From a virus: DNA of 64,000 nt. Both the position numbers and the translations under genes were made by a program. The number at the start of each line of letters is the position of its first letter. Positions within the stretch are counted from its first letter, which is position 1. Positions 30,227 through 40,350 of this stretch are shown in pieces. Under the pieces are notes generated by a model, which was not told where the DNA came from, ran no database searches, and saw nothing but the letters and a program-made list of their open reading frames with translations. The stretch lies in the IMG/VR virus record IMGVR_UViG_3300043409_001275, positions 6,129 through 70,128 of that record. One strand, 5' to 3'.

Positions 30227-30858
30227 TGATATCATTTGACTATTTAGTCGATAAACACAAATTGGATATAAAGGGAGTCTTGCATTTAGGGGCTTCTACG
30301 GGACAGGAAAGAGATGCATATGATAGCTATTGTAAGGGTTGGGTAATTTGGGTAGAAGCTATACCTAAAGTTTATTTAGACCTTCAGCAAAATATAAAAT
30401 CATACCCACAGCAAACAGCCTATAATGCTTGTTTAAGTAATGTAGATGGCGATGAAGTCGTATTCAATGTATCAAATAATGAAAGCCAAAGTTCATCAAT
30501 TTTAGAGTTGGGCGTTCATGCATTGATTCATCCGGAAGTGCATTATATAGAGCAAATAGCTATGAAAACGCAAAGAGTAGATACATTACTAAAAGATGTA
30601 GACGTATCGACTATTAATTTTCTGAATGTAGACTTGCAGGGTGCAGAGCATTTAGCAATAGAAGGAATGGGCGATTTGATTAAAAATATTGACTACGCAT
30701 TGCTTGAGGTTAATATGAAAGAAACGTATAAAGGGTGCATGTTGGTAGAGGAGCTTGATTATTTCATGCTACAAAGGGGATTTGAAAGAGTTGAAACGGG
30801 GGAGTGGGTAGCCGAAACATGGACAGACGCATTATATATCCGTAAATACAAAATATGA
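30223..30858 (+). CDS. FkbM-family methyltransferase
   Basis: LHLGASTGQE, SSSILE and NVDLQGAEHLAIEG motifs. Confidence 0.88.
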   Translation: MMISFDYLVDKHKLDIKGVLHLGASTGQERDAYDSYCKGWVIWVEAIPKVYLDLQQNIKSYPQQTAYNACLSNVDGDEVVFNVSNNESQSSSILELGVHALIHPEVHYIEQIAMKTQRVDTLLKDVDVSTINFLNVDLQGAEHLAIEGMGDLIKNIDYALLEVNMKETYKGCMLVEELDYFMLQRGFERVETGEWVAETWTDALYIRKYKI

Positions 30859-31673
30859 TACATATACCAGAAGAATTTATTCCAACAATAAATACAGTAT
30901 ATCCTTGGGAAAATGATATTATATTTGAAGATTGGGTTTCACACGAGCATATCCCAAACACTGAAAGGCATTACCTTCCAATTCAATGGACAGCATATCA
31001 TGTAAATAATAATTATGGTAATAATCCTGTAGCAAGAAAGCAATTACAAGACTATGTAGATAAGTTACCTAAAGATTTGAAATATTGGACTATTTGCCAA
31101 TATGATGACGGGGTAATGACTGATTTTAAAGATTTAGATATTTTAGTCTTCAGTATGAGCAAAAAGACGGGGGTTGAAATTCCTTTATTGTGTAAGCCAC
31201 ATTCATACGAGTGGAATCATAGCAAGTCAATATTTGCATCATTTATTGGTACACATACGCATCCAATTAGGGAAAATGTATTTAACATACAGAATAAGGA
31301 TTTTTATATTTCCGATAAGCAGCATGACATACAATCATTTTGCGATATAATCTCTCATTCATTATTTGGATTATGTCCAAGAGGGTATGGGCTAAATAGT
31401 TTTAGAATAGCGGAATGTATGCAATACGAAACCATCCCCGTATATATTTCAGATGAATTTATTAGTTGCTTTGATGCTAATTTTGAAGACTATGGAATTA
31501 TAATAGAAGAGAAGGATTCAAGTAAAATAGAAGAAATTTTAAAAAGCTACACTGATTTACAGATAGTAGATAAGCAGTTGAAAATCAAGGATATATACAA
31601 TGAGTATTATACATACGAAGGGGCTTTTAATAAGATTAAAAACATTCTAAATGCAAATAGCAGTAATCCATAA
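30855..31673 (+). CDS. Exostosin-like glycosyltransferase (GT47)
   Basis: ASFIG...R and SLFGLCPRGYGLNSFRIAECM...IPVYISD motifs. Confidence 0.82.
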   Translation: MIHIPEEFIPTINTVYPWENDIIFEDWVSHEHIPNTERHYLPIQWTAYHVNNNYGNNPVARKQLQDYVDKLPKDLKYWTICQYDDGVMTDFKDLDILVFSMSKKTGVEIPLLCKPHSYEWNHSKSIFASFIGTHTHPIRENVFNIQNKDFYISDKQHDIQSFCDIISHSLFGLCPRGYGLNSFRIAECMQYETIPVYISDEFISCFDANFEDYGIIIEEKDSSKIEEILKSYTDLQIVDKQLKIKDIYNEYYTYEGAFNKIKNILNANSSNP

Positions 31674-32196
31674 TTTTGATTCGGCTACTAGATTTGATAT
31701 GTTAATGCAGGAATTTAAAATTCAAGGCATAAGGGATTTTAAATTTTTCCCGGCAGTTCATGATAGTCATTCTGTTAAGAAGGCTATAAATTTAGCGCAC
31801 AAACAATGCGTCAGGTATGCTTTAGACAACAATTTGCCTGAAATATGCATAATGGAAGACGATGTTCGTTTTACTAACAAAAATAGTTTTTCTTATTTTT
31901 TAGAGCATAAACCTGAAGATTTTGATGTATATTTAAGTGGTATTTATTTAGGAGAGATTTTGAAGGATAATTCAGTAAAAGAGTTTTCTGGATTTCATTG
32001 CTACATTGTAAATAAAAAATTCTATGAAACTTACTTATCATTACCGGATGATGCTCACATTGACAGGGCGTTGGCAGGTCTTGGGAAGTATTATGTATCT
32101 AGCCCTTTTATAGCAATTCAACACAATGGATTTTCCTATAATACAAAAATGGAAATGAATTACGATGACCTTTTGATAGGAAGAGAATTATATTAA
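31651..32196 (+). CDS. Second GT25-like glycosyltransferase
   Basis: FFPAV, LAHKQC, IMEDDV, GFHCYIV and HID motifs. Confidence 0.75.
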   Translation: MQIAVIHNFDSATRFDMLMQEFKIQGIRDFKFFPAVHDSHSVKKAINLAHKQCVRYALDNNLPEICIMEDDVRFTNKNSFSYFLEHKPEDFDVYLSGIYLGEILKDNSVKEFSGFHCYIVNKKFYETYLSLPDDAHIDRALAGLGKYYVSSPFIAIQHNGFSYNTKMEMNYDDLLIGRELY

Positions 32197-32240
32197 TTTA
32201 ATTAATAAAATATATTTTGTTTTTTTTATTTACTTTTAAT

Positions 32241-32253
32241 TAATTTTGGTAAT
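32241..32253 (+). promoter_or_regulatory. Bacteroidota-type -7 promoter element
   Basis: TAATTTTG followed by GTAA, in an AT-rich intergenic gap. Confidence 0.5.
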
Positions 32254-32265
32254 AAATTTTATTTA

Positions 32266-32799
32266 ATGCAAGAAGTTTGGAGAGATATTATTGGCTATGA
32301 AGGACTTTATCAAGTAAGCAATCTTGGTAATGTAAAGACATTATACAGAGAATATTCACCAAACGGAGCCAAAAGATTTACTGAAGAAAAAATATTAAAA
32401 TATAGTAAGCATTTGGGTTATTTGAGAGTTGGGTTGTCTTGCAATGGCAAGTTAAAAACATTATTAATACACAGATTGGTAGCTTTGGCATTCATCCCAT
32501 GTGTAGATAATAAGTTAGAAATTAACCATATTGATGGTGATAAATCTAATAATAAAATTAATAATTTAGAATGGTGCAATAGAAATGAAAATTTAATTCA
32601 TTCTTTTAAAAATGGGTTAAGTAAATCTAGAAAACTTGAAGAACATAAAATGGCTAAAATAGTTTTAGACTTGCAAACAGGTGTTTTTTATGGGTGTGCT
32701 AAAGAAGCTGCAAAAGCAAAAAATATAAATTATAGCACATTGATAAATAAATTATCTGGGTGGCATAATAATAATCACACAGGCTTAATATATATATAA
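32266..32799 (+). mobile_element. Free-standing NUMOD4-HNH homing endonuclease
   Basis: WRDIIGYEGLYQVSNLG (NUMOD4); HRLVA...INHIDGDKSNN...NLEW (HNH). Confidence 0.9.
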
Positions 32800-35166
32800 A
32801 TGCAACAACAAACAAATACTTATCCTAATCAACAAGTTGACCCACGGGACAAGGGATATGATTTTATCTTGCAATATTGCAAAGCGGCATGGGGGGATTC
32901 CCGTGGTTATGTGCCGAATAATATGTTGAACTTTGGTCAGTCTAAAATGAATGAAATAAGAGAGTATGCATTAGGAAGACAAAGCACTACAAAGTATAAA
33001 AAACTTTTGAATGTAGATGAGCAAACAGATAAAACATGGCTTAATACGGATTGGACTCCACCTTCATTTTTAACAAAGTATAGAGAGATAGCTATTTCAA
33101 AACTTGTTCAAAGGCGTTATGATTTGCAAGCATTTGCAGTTGACCCATTAGCTAAAAGTGAAGAAGATGAACGCTTTAATGAAATGAAAGTTAAAGTGAT
33201 GATGCGTGAGGCTGCAATGAAAGCAGGTAATGAGCAATTAGCTAACAGCCCAGTATTAAAACCAATGGAGGGTGAGCCTGAAGATATGGAGCAGTTGTTA
33301 ATGGAGCAACAATTTGGTTACAAACATGTTATGGCAATGGAAGCAGAATGTGCTATTGCTTTGACAATGTATAAAAATAAATTTGACGAGAAAAGAAAAA
33401 GAACTATTGAAAATTTATTTGATTTTGGTATTGGTGGATATACTGAATATATAGATGAGAATGGTGCGGTGAATGTAAGAGAAGTTAATCCTGAAAATTT
33501 AGTATTATCGTATTGCGCAAAAAATGACTTTTCCGATTTAGTACATTTCGGAGAAGTTAGAGAAGTATATGTAGGGGACTTGGCACCTTATTTTTCCCCC
33601 GACCAATTAAATTTGATAGTTCAATCTGTAGCCGGACGCTTTGGTAACCCATCTAACTTTATGTATGGCACAGACTATTCAAAGTATTGGAATCGTTTTA
33701 AGGTGCTTATTTTAGATTTTGAATTCCTATCATGGAATGATTACACTTATAAAGAAGAAATAGATAACAGAGGTAATGCTCGCTTTGGTAAAACAAAGTA
33801 TCAGGATTCAAGCAAAATGGACTTGGCGGTTAATGAGAAGGGAACAATTGAAAAGTTTGACTATGCAGGTTCTGTACCTAGTTTAGTTGACTCAAAGAGC
33901 AAAGGACAAGCCGAGCCTGTATATATGCCTGTTACTAAAAAGGTTGTTTATAAGTGTAAATGGTTAATTCAAACTGATTATATGTATGATTGGGGTATGT
34001 CTGAAAATCAAATTAGACAACCTTCGTCTTGGTGGGATACAAAATTAAACATCCAATTATATTCATGGAATTTCTATAAGATGCGTTTTGCAGGCATTAC
34101 AGAAAGATTAATTCCGTTAGAAGATAAAGCGTGTTTAGCTTGGTTCAGGCTTCAAAATATGTCTAATAAATTAATTCCGTATTTAATAAATATAGATTTA
34201 AATGCATTAGAAGGAGTTGATTTTGGTGGTGGTGGAGATAAGATGAATCCAACAAAGGTTATGGATTTTATATTTTCTAATTTTGTTGTACCTTATCGTT
34301 CAACTGATTTGTTAAGTCAAAATCCAAACTACAAGCCAGTAAGCATTGAAGCTTCAGGGCAATTAGCTGTATTTGGTCAATTGTATCAAGAGTTGCAAAA
34401 CACTATTGATATGATGCGTCAAATATCAGGATTGAATGAATTGACAGATGGCTCTACTCCAAATGCAAAAACATTAGTTCCAGTTGCAAACGCTGCAATG
34501 GAAAGTACTAATAATGCTTTATACTTATTAAGTTTTGCAGATAAGCAATTAGTGCAAAATGTTGCAGACGCTATTGTTGCAAAAGTACAAATAGCTGTTA
34601 AATTAGGTAAGGTAGAAGGTTATGGTAGAGCATTAGGTACGGAAACCGTTAAATTTTTCCAAATCAATCCTAATATATCTATTCATGAATTTGGTATATT
34701 TATTGAAGATAGCCCGTCTGATTACGAAAGACAACAATTAATACAAGAATTAAATATTAGAGATTCTCAAGGATTGATTGAGCCTGAAGATAAAATACTT
34801 GTAATGAGTTGCCGTAATTTAAAAATGGCATCAATGATACTTGCATATAAGATTAAGAAGCGTAGAGAGAAGATGCAAGAGTTTGAATTGCAAAAGGTAA
34901 GAGAGGCTTCTCAAGGTAATGTAATGGCGACTCAAGCAGCAGAGCAAGAAAAGCGTATTACATTGCAAGACCAATTAAATGCAGATATAGCTAAAATTAA
35001 TGCTGAAAAACAATGGGAATATATTATTCAAATGGGTAAGAAGGATAAAGATATTCAAGAAGCTGAAATACAAAAAGAAGCAAAAGTTATCGCTCAAAGA
35101 ATAGCAGCAGATGCTAGAATAGCGGTAAGCGACAGGAAACAAGTACAAACAATGAAAACAAAATAA
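32800..35166 (+). CDS. Portal protein (crAss-like)
   Basis: 788 aa downstream of terL; YALGRQST.KYK, ISGLNELTDGSTP and IHEFGIFIE motifs; coiled-coil C-terminus. Confidence 0.8.
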   Translation: MQQQTNTYPNQQVDPRDKGYDFILQYCKAAWGDSRGYVPNNMLNFGQSKMNEIREYALGRQSTTKYKKLLNVDEQTDKTWLNTDWTPPSFLTKYREIAISKLVQRRYDLQAFAVDPLAKSEEDERFNEMKVKVMMREAAMKAGNEQLANSPVLKPMEGEPEDMEQLLMEQQFGYKHVMAMEAECAIALTMYKNKFDEKRKRTIENLFDFGIGGYTEYIDENGAVNVREVNPENLVLSYCAKNDFSDLVHFGEVREVYVGDLAPYFSPDQLNLIVQSVAGRFGNPSNFMYGTDYSKYWNRFKVLILDFEFLSWNDYTYKEEIDNRGNARFGKTKYQDSSKMDLAVNEKGTIEKFDYAGSVPSLVDSKSKGQAEPVYMPVTKKVVYKCKWLIQTDYMYDWGMSENQIRQPSSWWDTKLNIQLYSWNFYKMRFAGITERLIPLEDKACLAWFRLQNMSNKLIPYLINIDLNALEGVDFGGGGDKMNPTKVMDFIFSNFVVPYRSTDLLSQNPNYKPVSIEASGQLAVFGQLYQELQNTIDMMRQISGLNELTDGSTPNAKTLVPVANAAMESTNNALYLLSFADKQLVQNVADAIVAKVQIAVKLGKVEGYGRALGTETVKFFQINPNISIHEFGIFIEDSPSDYERQQLIQELNIRDSQGLIEPEDKILVMSCRNLKMASMILAYKIKKRREKMQEFELQKVREASQGNVMATQAAEQEKRITLQDQLNADIAKINAEKQWEYIIQMGKKDKDIQEAEIQKEAKVIAQRIAADARIAVSDRKQVQTMKTK

Positions 35167-35167
35167 A

Positions 35168-35662
35168 ATGGTAAAATCCTTATTATCTAAAAGTATGAAA
35201 AGCGTCTTGCAAGAGGCGTTATATCTAGAGTTATATCAATCTAATCTTTGGAAAGCTTTGGCTAACCAAATGCAACAATATGGCTTCTTTGGTACACAAA
35301 AATATTTTTTAACAGAAAGCGCAGAAGAATTAACGCATTATCAAATGCATGTTGAGTTCCAAAATGATATGGGTGATTGCGCCGACATGCCTTCAATTGA
35401 AGCTATTAAAGATAAAGTAAAAACTATTGGCGAATCTTTAGAAATAGGCTACGAAATGGAGCTTGAAGTGTATAATAAATATAAAGAGTTTTACAAAAAG
35501 GCAGAAGATGAAGATTGCGTTGTAGGACAATTTTTATTACAATTCTTGGAAATACAAAGAAAGGCAGTAGGTCATTATGGTGATTTATTGGCTAAATATG
35601 AAATAGCTGAAGCAACTAAAGAAATATTAGAATTTGACCAACATATCAACGATGTTCCTTAA
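35168..35662 (+). CDS. Ferritin-like four-helix bundle protein
   Basis: 164 aa; ELY...GFFG..KYF...SAEELTH...E.EV...QFLEIQ ferritin pattern. Confidence 0.8.
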   Translation: MVKSLLSKSMKSVLQEALYLELYQSNLWKALANQMQQYGFFGTQKYFLTESAEELTHYQMHVEFQNDMGDCADMPSIEAIKDKVKTIGESLEIGYEMELEVYNKYKEFYKKAEDEDCVVGQFLLQFLEIQRKAVGHYGDLLAKYEIAEATKEILEFDQHINDVP

Positions 35663-35691
35663 ATATAATTTCGTAACGAAAAAACACAAAA

Positions 35692-36825
35692 ATGTCAGAA
35701 GAGCAAAATCAACAAACAACACAGGAAGAAGCAAAACCGGTTTACAAAGCTAGTACGGGTATCCCAAGCGTAGATGATTACAGAGAAGCCGAAAGTCAAA
35801 ACTTTAAAGCCGAGGAAAACGAAGCGCAGGTAGAAACACAAACTCAAACTGTTCAAAATGAGAACACTGCAGTTAGTGATAATACGCCACTTGAAGATAA
35901 CGCATCTTCTTTTTCAATGCCATCACTTGATGGAACAGATGGAGAAGAAGTAAGCGCAACAATTGGCGACTGGAAGGAAGAGTTAAAAAAAGCAAATCCA
36001 AAAGATATTCTAAAGGAATTAGGATATGATGATTTTTTAGCGGAATTTGCAGAGTATAGAAAGAATGGAGGAGATGCGTATAAGTATTTAGAAGCAAGAG
36101 CGTTTGATTGGGATACTGTATCGCATCAGGATTTGATTTTAGATGAATTAAAATCGCAATACCCCCATCTAACTGAAGATAAGGTTGAAAGACTATATCA
36201 GTCTAAATACAAGCAATCAGATATGGCATCTGATGAAGATAGAGAAATTGGATTAATTCAATTAGAGGCAGACGCAGAACTTGTAAGACAAAAAAGAGTT
36301 ACCGAACAGAAGCAATTCCAAATACCAGACCCCGCAAGAACGCAAGAGGCGAATACGCAGGCAATGTATGAAGAGCAGCGAAAGTTAGAAATAGACCAAT
36401 CACAAAAGATTATTCAATTTTTTCAGGAACACGAAGCCACTAAAAACTTATATCAAAGCAAGAGAGTTGCTATTGATTTGGGTGATAATGGTAAATTCAA
36501 TTTTAATATTGATAAACCTGAAAATCTAATGTCAGTAGCGTTAGATTCAGAAAAATGGCAAAGAGCAATATCAGTAAATCCGCAAGAGGCAGATGTGAGT
36601 AAGCTTATACCAGATGTCGCTAAATTGCAAAAAATTGCATTAGTGGCAATGAATCCAAACTATGAGAGAGATTTAGTGAACTATGGTAAATCATTGGGGC
36701 TGAAAGCTATTGTGGAAGAAGGGCAAAACGCACGAAGACCAATAGGTAATACGCCTGCCCAACCCAATGAATCGTTTGCTGAAGCTATTAAAACAAGAGC
36801 TAAAGTAAGCACACTAGGCAGGTAG
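35692..36825 (+). CDS. Probable capsid scaffolding/assembly protein
   Basis: Acidic, disordered N-terminus; directly upstream of the major capsid gene as in crAss-like phages. Confidence 0.6.
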   Translation: MSEEQNQQTTQEEAKPVYKASTGIPSVDDYREAESQNFKAEENEAQVETQTQTVQNENTAVSDNTPLEDNASSFSMPSLDGTDGEEVSATIGDWKEELKKANPKDILKELGYDDFLAEFAEYRKNGGDAYKYLEARAFDWDTVSHQDLILDELKSQYPHLTEDKVERLYQSKYKQSDMASDEDREIGLIQLEADAELVRQKRVTEQKQFQIPDPARTQEANTQAMYEEQRKLEIDQSQKIIQFFQEHEATKNLYQSKRVAIDLGDNGKFNFNIDKPENLMSVALDSEKWQRAISVNPQEADVSKLIPDVAKLQKIALVAMNPNYERDLVNYGKSLGLKAIVEEGQNARRPIGNTPAQPNESFAEAIKTRAKVSTLGR

Positions 36826-36855
36826 AATTTATTTTACCCTTAAAAACAAAACAAA

Positions 36856-38208
36856 ATGGCAAATATTGGAAATATAACCAAAGCCTATGTCAGCGCTATT
36901 GACCCAGTGCTTGACACGAGAGAGATTAACAAATTAGTTACCGACATCCAAAACGAAGATGCGTTAACCGACATTTTATGGTTGGGAGATAGAAAAAAAC
37001 CAATCGCAACAGGTCAACCTTTGTACTACACATTTGTAAACGAAAGTTTATTTAAATTGTTAGATACAACAGGTGGTACAGTTAATGGTACAGGTACAAC
37101 TTCATTAAACTTCACTTGTACAGCAGCGACTTCAGGTCAAGCTCGTAAAGATGATTTAGTGTTAGTTCCTACTGGTGCTATTTCCGCTATCGTTACAAAC
37201 GTAGTATCTACTTCAGGTATTGATACAGTTTACATTAAGACAGTTTCTGGAGCTAACGCTACTTTGACTGCTGGTGATAAATTATCTTTATTCTCTGTAG
37301 CAGTTGGTGAGAACTCTGTTTCTCAAAGCAACTTACGTTTCGGTTTGACTCGTTACACTAACAAGTATCAAATCTTTAGAGAAATCTCTAAAATCACAGA
37401 TGTACAAAACGCTGCTACAATCGAGGTGGAATTTAACGGACAAAACAAGTTTATCGTTAAAGACCATTTAGAGAAAGCAATCCGTTTAAAAGGACAAATC
37501 AATGCTGCTTATATCGCAGGTGATATGTCAGTTACAACTTTCAGCGATAGCAACCCTATCTTGACTGATGCTAACACTTCTGGCGGAGATGGTGGTGGAC
37601 CGGTACAAACTACTCGTGGATTGAACAAATACATTGAAATGTATGGTTCTACATTAGTAAATGGTACTTTAGGTACTGTACAACAAACAAATATTGATAA
37701 CGCTTTAGATGTGTTGATTTCTCAGCGCTCTCCTAAAGATTATTTAGTATTTGGTTCTTCTGCTGCAAAGCGTGCGCATGATACATATTGGAAGGCTTTA
37801 GGTTCTTCTGGTGTTCAATCAGTACGTATTGTAGTTGATGGTAAAGAATTAGATTTGACTGTAGACAAAGTTAGCTACGGTGGATTTGATTTACATTACA
37901 TGGCAATGCCAATTCAAGACCAACCGGTATTATTCAGCCAAACTACTATCAATAAGAGTGTTTACTACATTCCTTATAATAATAGAGTTAAAGTTGAAGG
38001 CGGTGGTTATGATTCAGCAATGCGTGTAAGATACGTACCTGCTCAAACCAAGTATGGTAATGACATGATTGGTGAAATCCATACAGGAGCATTATCTCCT
38101 GTTAATCCTAACGGAGATGCGATGAACTGGACATGTTCTTGGACAACTGCGCAGGGTCTCGAATGTTTAGGTGTTCAGCACTTTTTACGTCAACAAGTTT
38201 TGTCATAA
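36856..38208 (+). CDS. Major capsid protein (HK97 fold)
   Basis: 450 aa; VGENS...YTNKYQIFRE...TTRGLNKYI pattern; strong codon bias; followed by a terminator. Confidence 0.8.
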   Translation: MANIGNITKAYVSAIDPVLDTREINKLVTDIQNEDALTDILWLGDRKKPIATGQPLYYTFVNESLFKLLDTTGGTVNGTGTTSLNFTCTAATSGQARKDDLVLVPTGAISAIVTNVVSTSGIDTVYIKTVSGANATLTAGDKLSLFSVAVGENSVSQSNLRFGLTRYTNKYQIFREISKITDVQNAATIEVEFNGQNKFIVKDHLEKAIRLKGQINAAYIAGDMSVTTFSDSNPILTDANTSGGDGGGPVQTTRGLNKYIEMYGSTLVNGTLGTVQQTNIDNALDVLISQRSPKDYLVFGSSAAKRAHDTYWKALGSSGVQSVRIVVDGKELDLTVDKVSYGGFDLHYMAMPIQDQPVLFSQTTINKSVYYIPYNNRVKVEGGGYDSAMRVRYVPAQTKYGNDMIGEIHTGALSPVNPNGDAMNWTCSWTTAQGLECLGVQHFLRQQVLS

Positions 38209-38221
38209 AAATGTGATATTG

Positions 38222-38250
38222 GAAGGGTGGTTTTTAGCCACCCTTTCTTA
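38222..38250 (+). terminator. Intrinsic terminator after the major capsid gene
   Basis: Hairpin AAGGGTGG-TTTTTAG-CCACCCTT followed by T-rich sequence. Confidence 0.75.
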
Positions 38251-38256
38251 TCTTTG
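38249..38256 (+). promoter_or_regulatory. Bacteroidota -7 promoter element
   Basis: TATCTTTG upstream of the ATG at 38293. Confidence 0.55.
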
Positions 38257-38292
38257 TATAAACTAGAATTTCATAACAAAAAAACACACAAT

Positions 38293-39195
38293 ATGCAAGT
38301 AGTTGGAAAATTCAACGCGATTTCAGAGGAATTAAAAAAACAAATTCCTGCGTTAGAGGTTGGTCAAACAATCACATTTGAAATGCTTACCGGTCAAAAG
38401 AACAATGACCCTGATGAAAAAGAAAGACAAAAAAGTCCTATGCTTTATCCTAAAGCAAATATTCCTTTAAGGGATAGAATCAAAGACCCTTATATAAAAG
38501 AAGGAAGTTCTTGGGTAGATATCGTAGTTGCTGATTCATGGGATAGAGATGGTAATCCTAGAGAAAGATTTTTTATGCCGGGGATTAGTGATGGTTCTGG
38601 AGATTTTAAATTTGGAGGTAAGTTTTCATTAACCGGTGGAAACCAAAGAGATGAAGAGTTGTATGAGTTTTTGATGATTTCAAATTGGAATCAAGATAGT
38701 ATTATAGGAGAAGGAGGAAGAGATAAAAGCAAAGCTCCTATGTGCAAGGTTATTAATCAAAAAGTTACAAGTCAAAAAGTTATGACTGGCTTTAACACAT
38801 TAAAAGAGGCAATTAATATTGTTACCAAATTAAAACCTTTTGAAGCTCGTCAAATTGGTGCATCATTAAATTGGAATGAGTTTACTGATGATGAAGTTAT
38901 TTTAGCTCAAGTAGCTGATTTAGCTCGCACTAAACCTGAAGAGTTTTTAAGAGTTTATAATGACCCTAATAAACCAATTAAAGCATCTGTTAGAAAAGCA
39001 TTAGATTCCGATGTTCTTAAGTTTGATATTGCAACAGGAAAAGTTACTCTTGGTTCTCAAGAAATAACAACTATATCAAAAGAAGATAGAGGAAATGTTA
39101 CAGAAGCTTTAACTCAATTTATTAATTCTGCAAAGAATGGTAAACAAGTTTTAGATAATATTAATAAACAATTAACTGAACCAGAAACGGTATAA
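38293..39195 (+). CDS. Conserved crAss-like morphogenesis protein downstream of the capsid gene (start corrected)
   Basis: Position; C-terminal ARTKPEEFL...ALDSDVL helical pattern. Confidence 0.55.
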   Translation: MQVVGKFNAISEELKKQIPALEVGQTITFEMLTGQKNNDPDEKERQKSPMLYPKANIPLRDRIKDPYIKEGSSWVDIVVADSWDRDGNPRERFFMPGISDGSGDFKFGGKFSLTGGNQRDEELYEFLMISNWNQDSIIGEGGRDKSKAPMCKVINQKVTSQKVMTGFNTLKEAINIVTKLKPFEARQIGASLNWNEFTDDEVILAQVADLARTKPEEFLRVYNDPNKPIKASVRKALDSDVLKFDIATGKVTLGSQEITTISKEDRGNVTEALTQFINSAKNGKQVLDNINKQLTEPETV

Positions 39196-39215
39196 TTAAT
39201 TTAATTATTTACAAG

Positions 39216-39250
39216 AAAGCTCTTACTTAAAAAAAGTAGGAGCTTTTTAT
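39216..39250 (+). terminator. Intrinsic terminator
   Basis: AAAGCTCTTACTT / AAGTAGGAGCTTT hairpin followed by a T-run. Confidence 0.75.
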
Positions 39251-39272
39251 TTATAATACTATTATTTTTTGG

Positions 39273-39286
39273 TATTTTTGGTAAAA
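39273..39286 (+). promoter_or_regulatory. -7 promoter element for the fibre operon
   Basis: TATTTTTG followed by GTAAAA, upstream of the ATG at 39296. Confidence 0.5.
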
Positions 39287-39295
39287 GTTTATATT

Positions 39296-39832
39296 ATGCC
39301 TTTAGTACCAAATTTTACAGTAGCGCAATATGTATCAAATCCAAATTTAATTGTATTTACAGATACGAGTACTGGAACAGACTCTTCGGTAACTGTGCGA
39401 TATGTATATATGCAAAAATCAGATGGAACATATCTTGTTCAGGAAGGAACAACAACAAATTATGAGATATGGTCTTTAGCAAGTGGTAATACAATTAGTT
39501 TTGATGTCCTTGATAAAGATTATGCATTAAATATTACAGTAGAATGGAGAAGCACAACTTCTACATTAGGTGATAGTGTAGTGTTGTATAACAAAAGTGC
39601 ATCGTATTGTTTTTCAACATATGCAAAAATTTATAACACAAAGTTATCAAAAGCGCAAGTTTCAAGTCCTAGTTTATTAGATGGCGCTAACTGGTTGGCT
39701 ACTAAAAAAGCATTAAATACTTATATAGATGCCGCTGATGATGCAGTATCATTTGGCGCAGGGATTACGATTGCGCAATTATCATTAAATAAAGCGAAGT
39801 TCATTATTGACAATCCTAAATTAGTATTCTAA
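39296..39832 (+). CDS. Virion structural protein (PKD/Ig-like N-terminus)
   Basis: PNFTV...IVFTDTSTG pattern; first gene of the fibre operon. Confidence 0.5.
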   Translation: MPLVPNFTVAQYVSNPNLIVFTDTSTGTDSSVTVRYVYMQKSDGTYLVQEGTTTNYEIWSLASGNTISFDVLDKDYALNITVEWRSTTSTLGDSVVLYNKSASYCFSTYAKIYNTKLSKAQVSSPSLLDGANWLATKKALNTYIDAADDAVSFGAGITIAQLSLNKAKFIIDNPKLVF

Positions 39833-40350
39833 TGTTAAATACAGTGGATGTTATAGAGATAGCAAAGGTTACAGTATCTGTTGTTATAAAAGCTATTGAA
39901 TTAAATCAAGAGAATGATATTGAATTGCCTAATAAAATTTCTATAGAGGCTCGTGCATTAGAGTGGGTTAATTCTACAAATTATACAGGAATAAATTTAG
40001 CAGGTTTTACTGAATATGTTTATGGTATGTGTGGTGGATATGCATTTGAGGCAGAAGCTTTAATGGGACTTGCAGGATATGTAGTTGACCCTTCTAGTGG
40101 TGGAGGCGCAAGAGTACCTGAACAGTACAGCGCGTTTGCAAGTACCGGAAGTGTATCTATTATATTTGCTCAAGCTATTGGGAAAACATTACTTTATGCA
40201 AGTAGAGGTGGTATAGATGTAGGGGAAATAATTTTATCAGGAGTGCCTGTATTAAATCAGGTTAGGTGGGATATTGCGACAGGAACTTTAACAGTGGCAG
40301 CAACAGTTCCTTTTGTAACAGGTGAATATGTAAAAATCATAGTATATTAA
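39832..40350 (+). CDS. Virion structural protein (putative fibre hub/adaptor)
   Basis: Coupled ORF immediately before the large fibre gene. Confidence 0.45.
   Translation: MLNTVDVIEIAKVTVSVVIKAIELNQENDIELPNKISIEARALEWVNSTNYTGINLAGFTEYVYGMCGGYAFEAEALMGLAGYVVDPSSGGGARVPEQYSAFASTGSVSIIFAQAIGKTLLYASRGGIDVGEIILSGVPVLNQVRWDIATGTLTVAATVPFVTGEYVKIIVY

Noticed and set aside
26559-32196. Host LPS/capsule locus, implying a prophage boundary or chimeric assembly
   Set aside because: Translationally coupled to terL and flanked by portal; similar composition to the phage genes; no wzx/wzy/transport genes
32200-32800. Group I intron around the HNH gene
   Set aside because: Flanking genes appear complete and there is no room for a ribozyme core; treated as free-standing, as is 54319-54990
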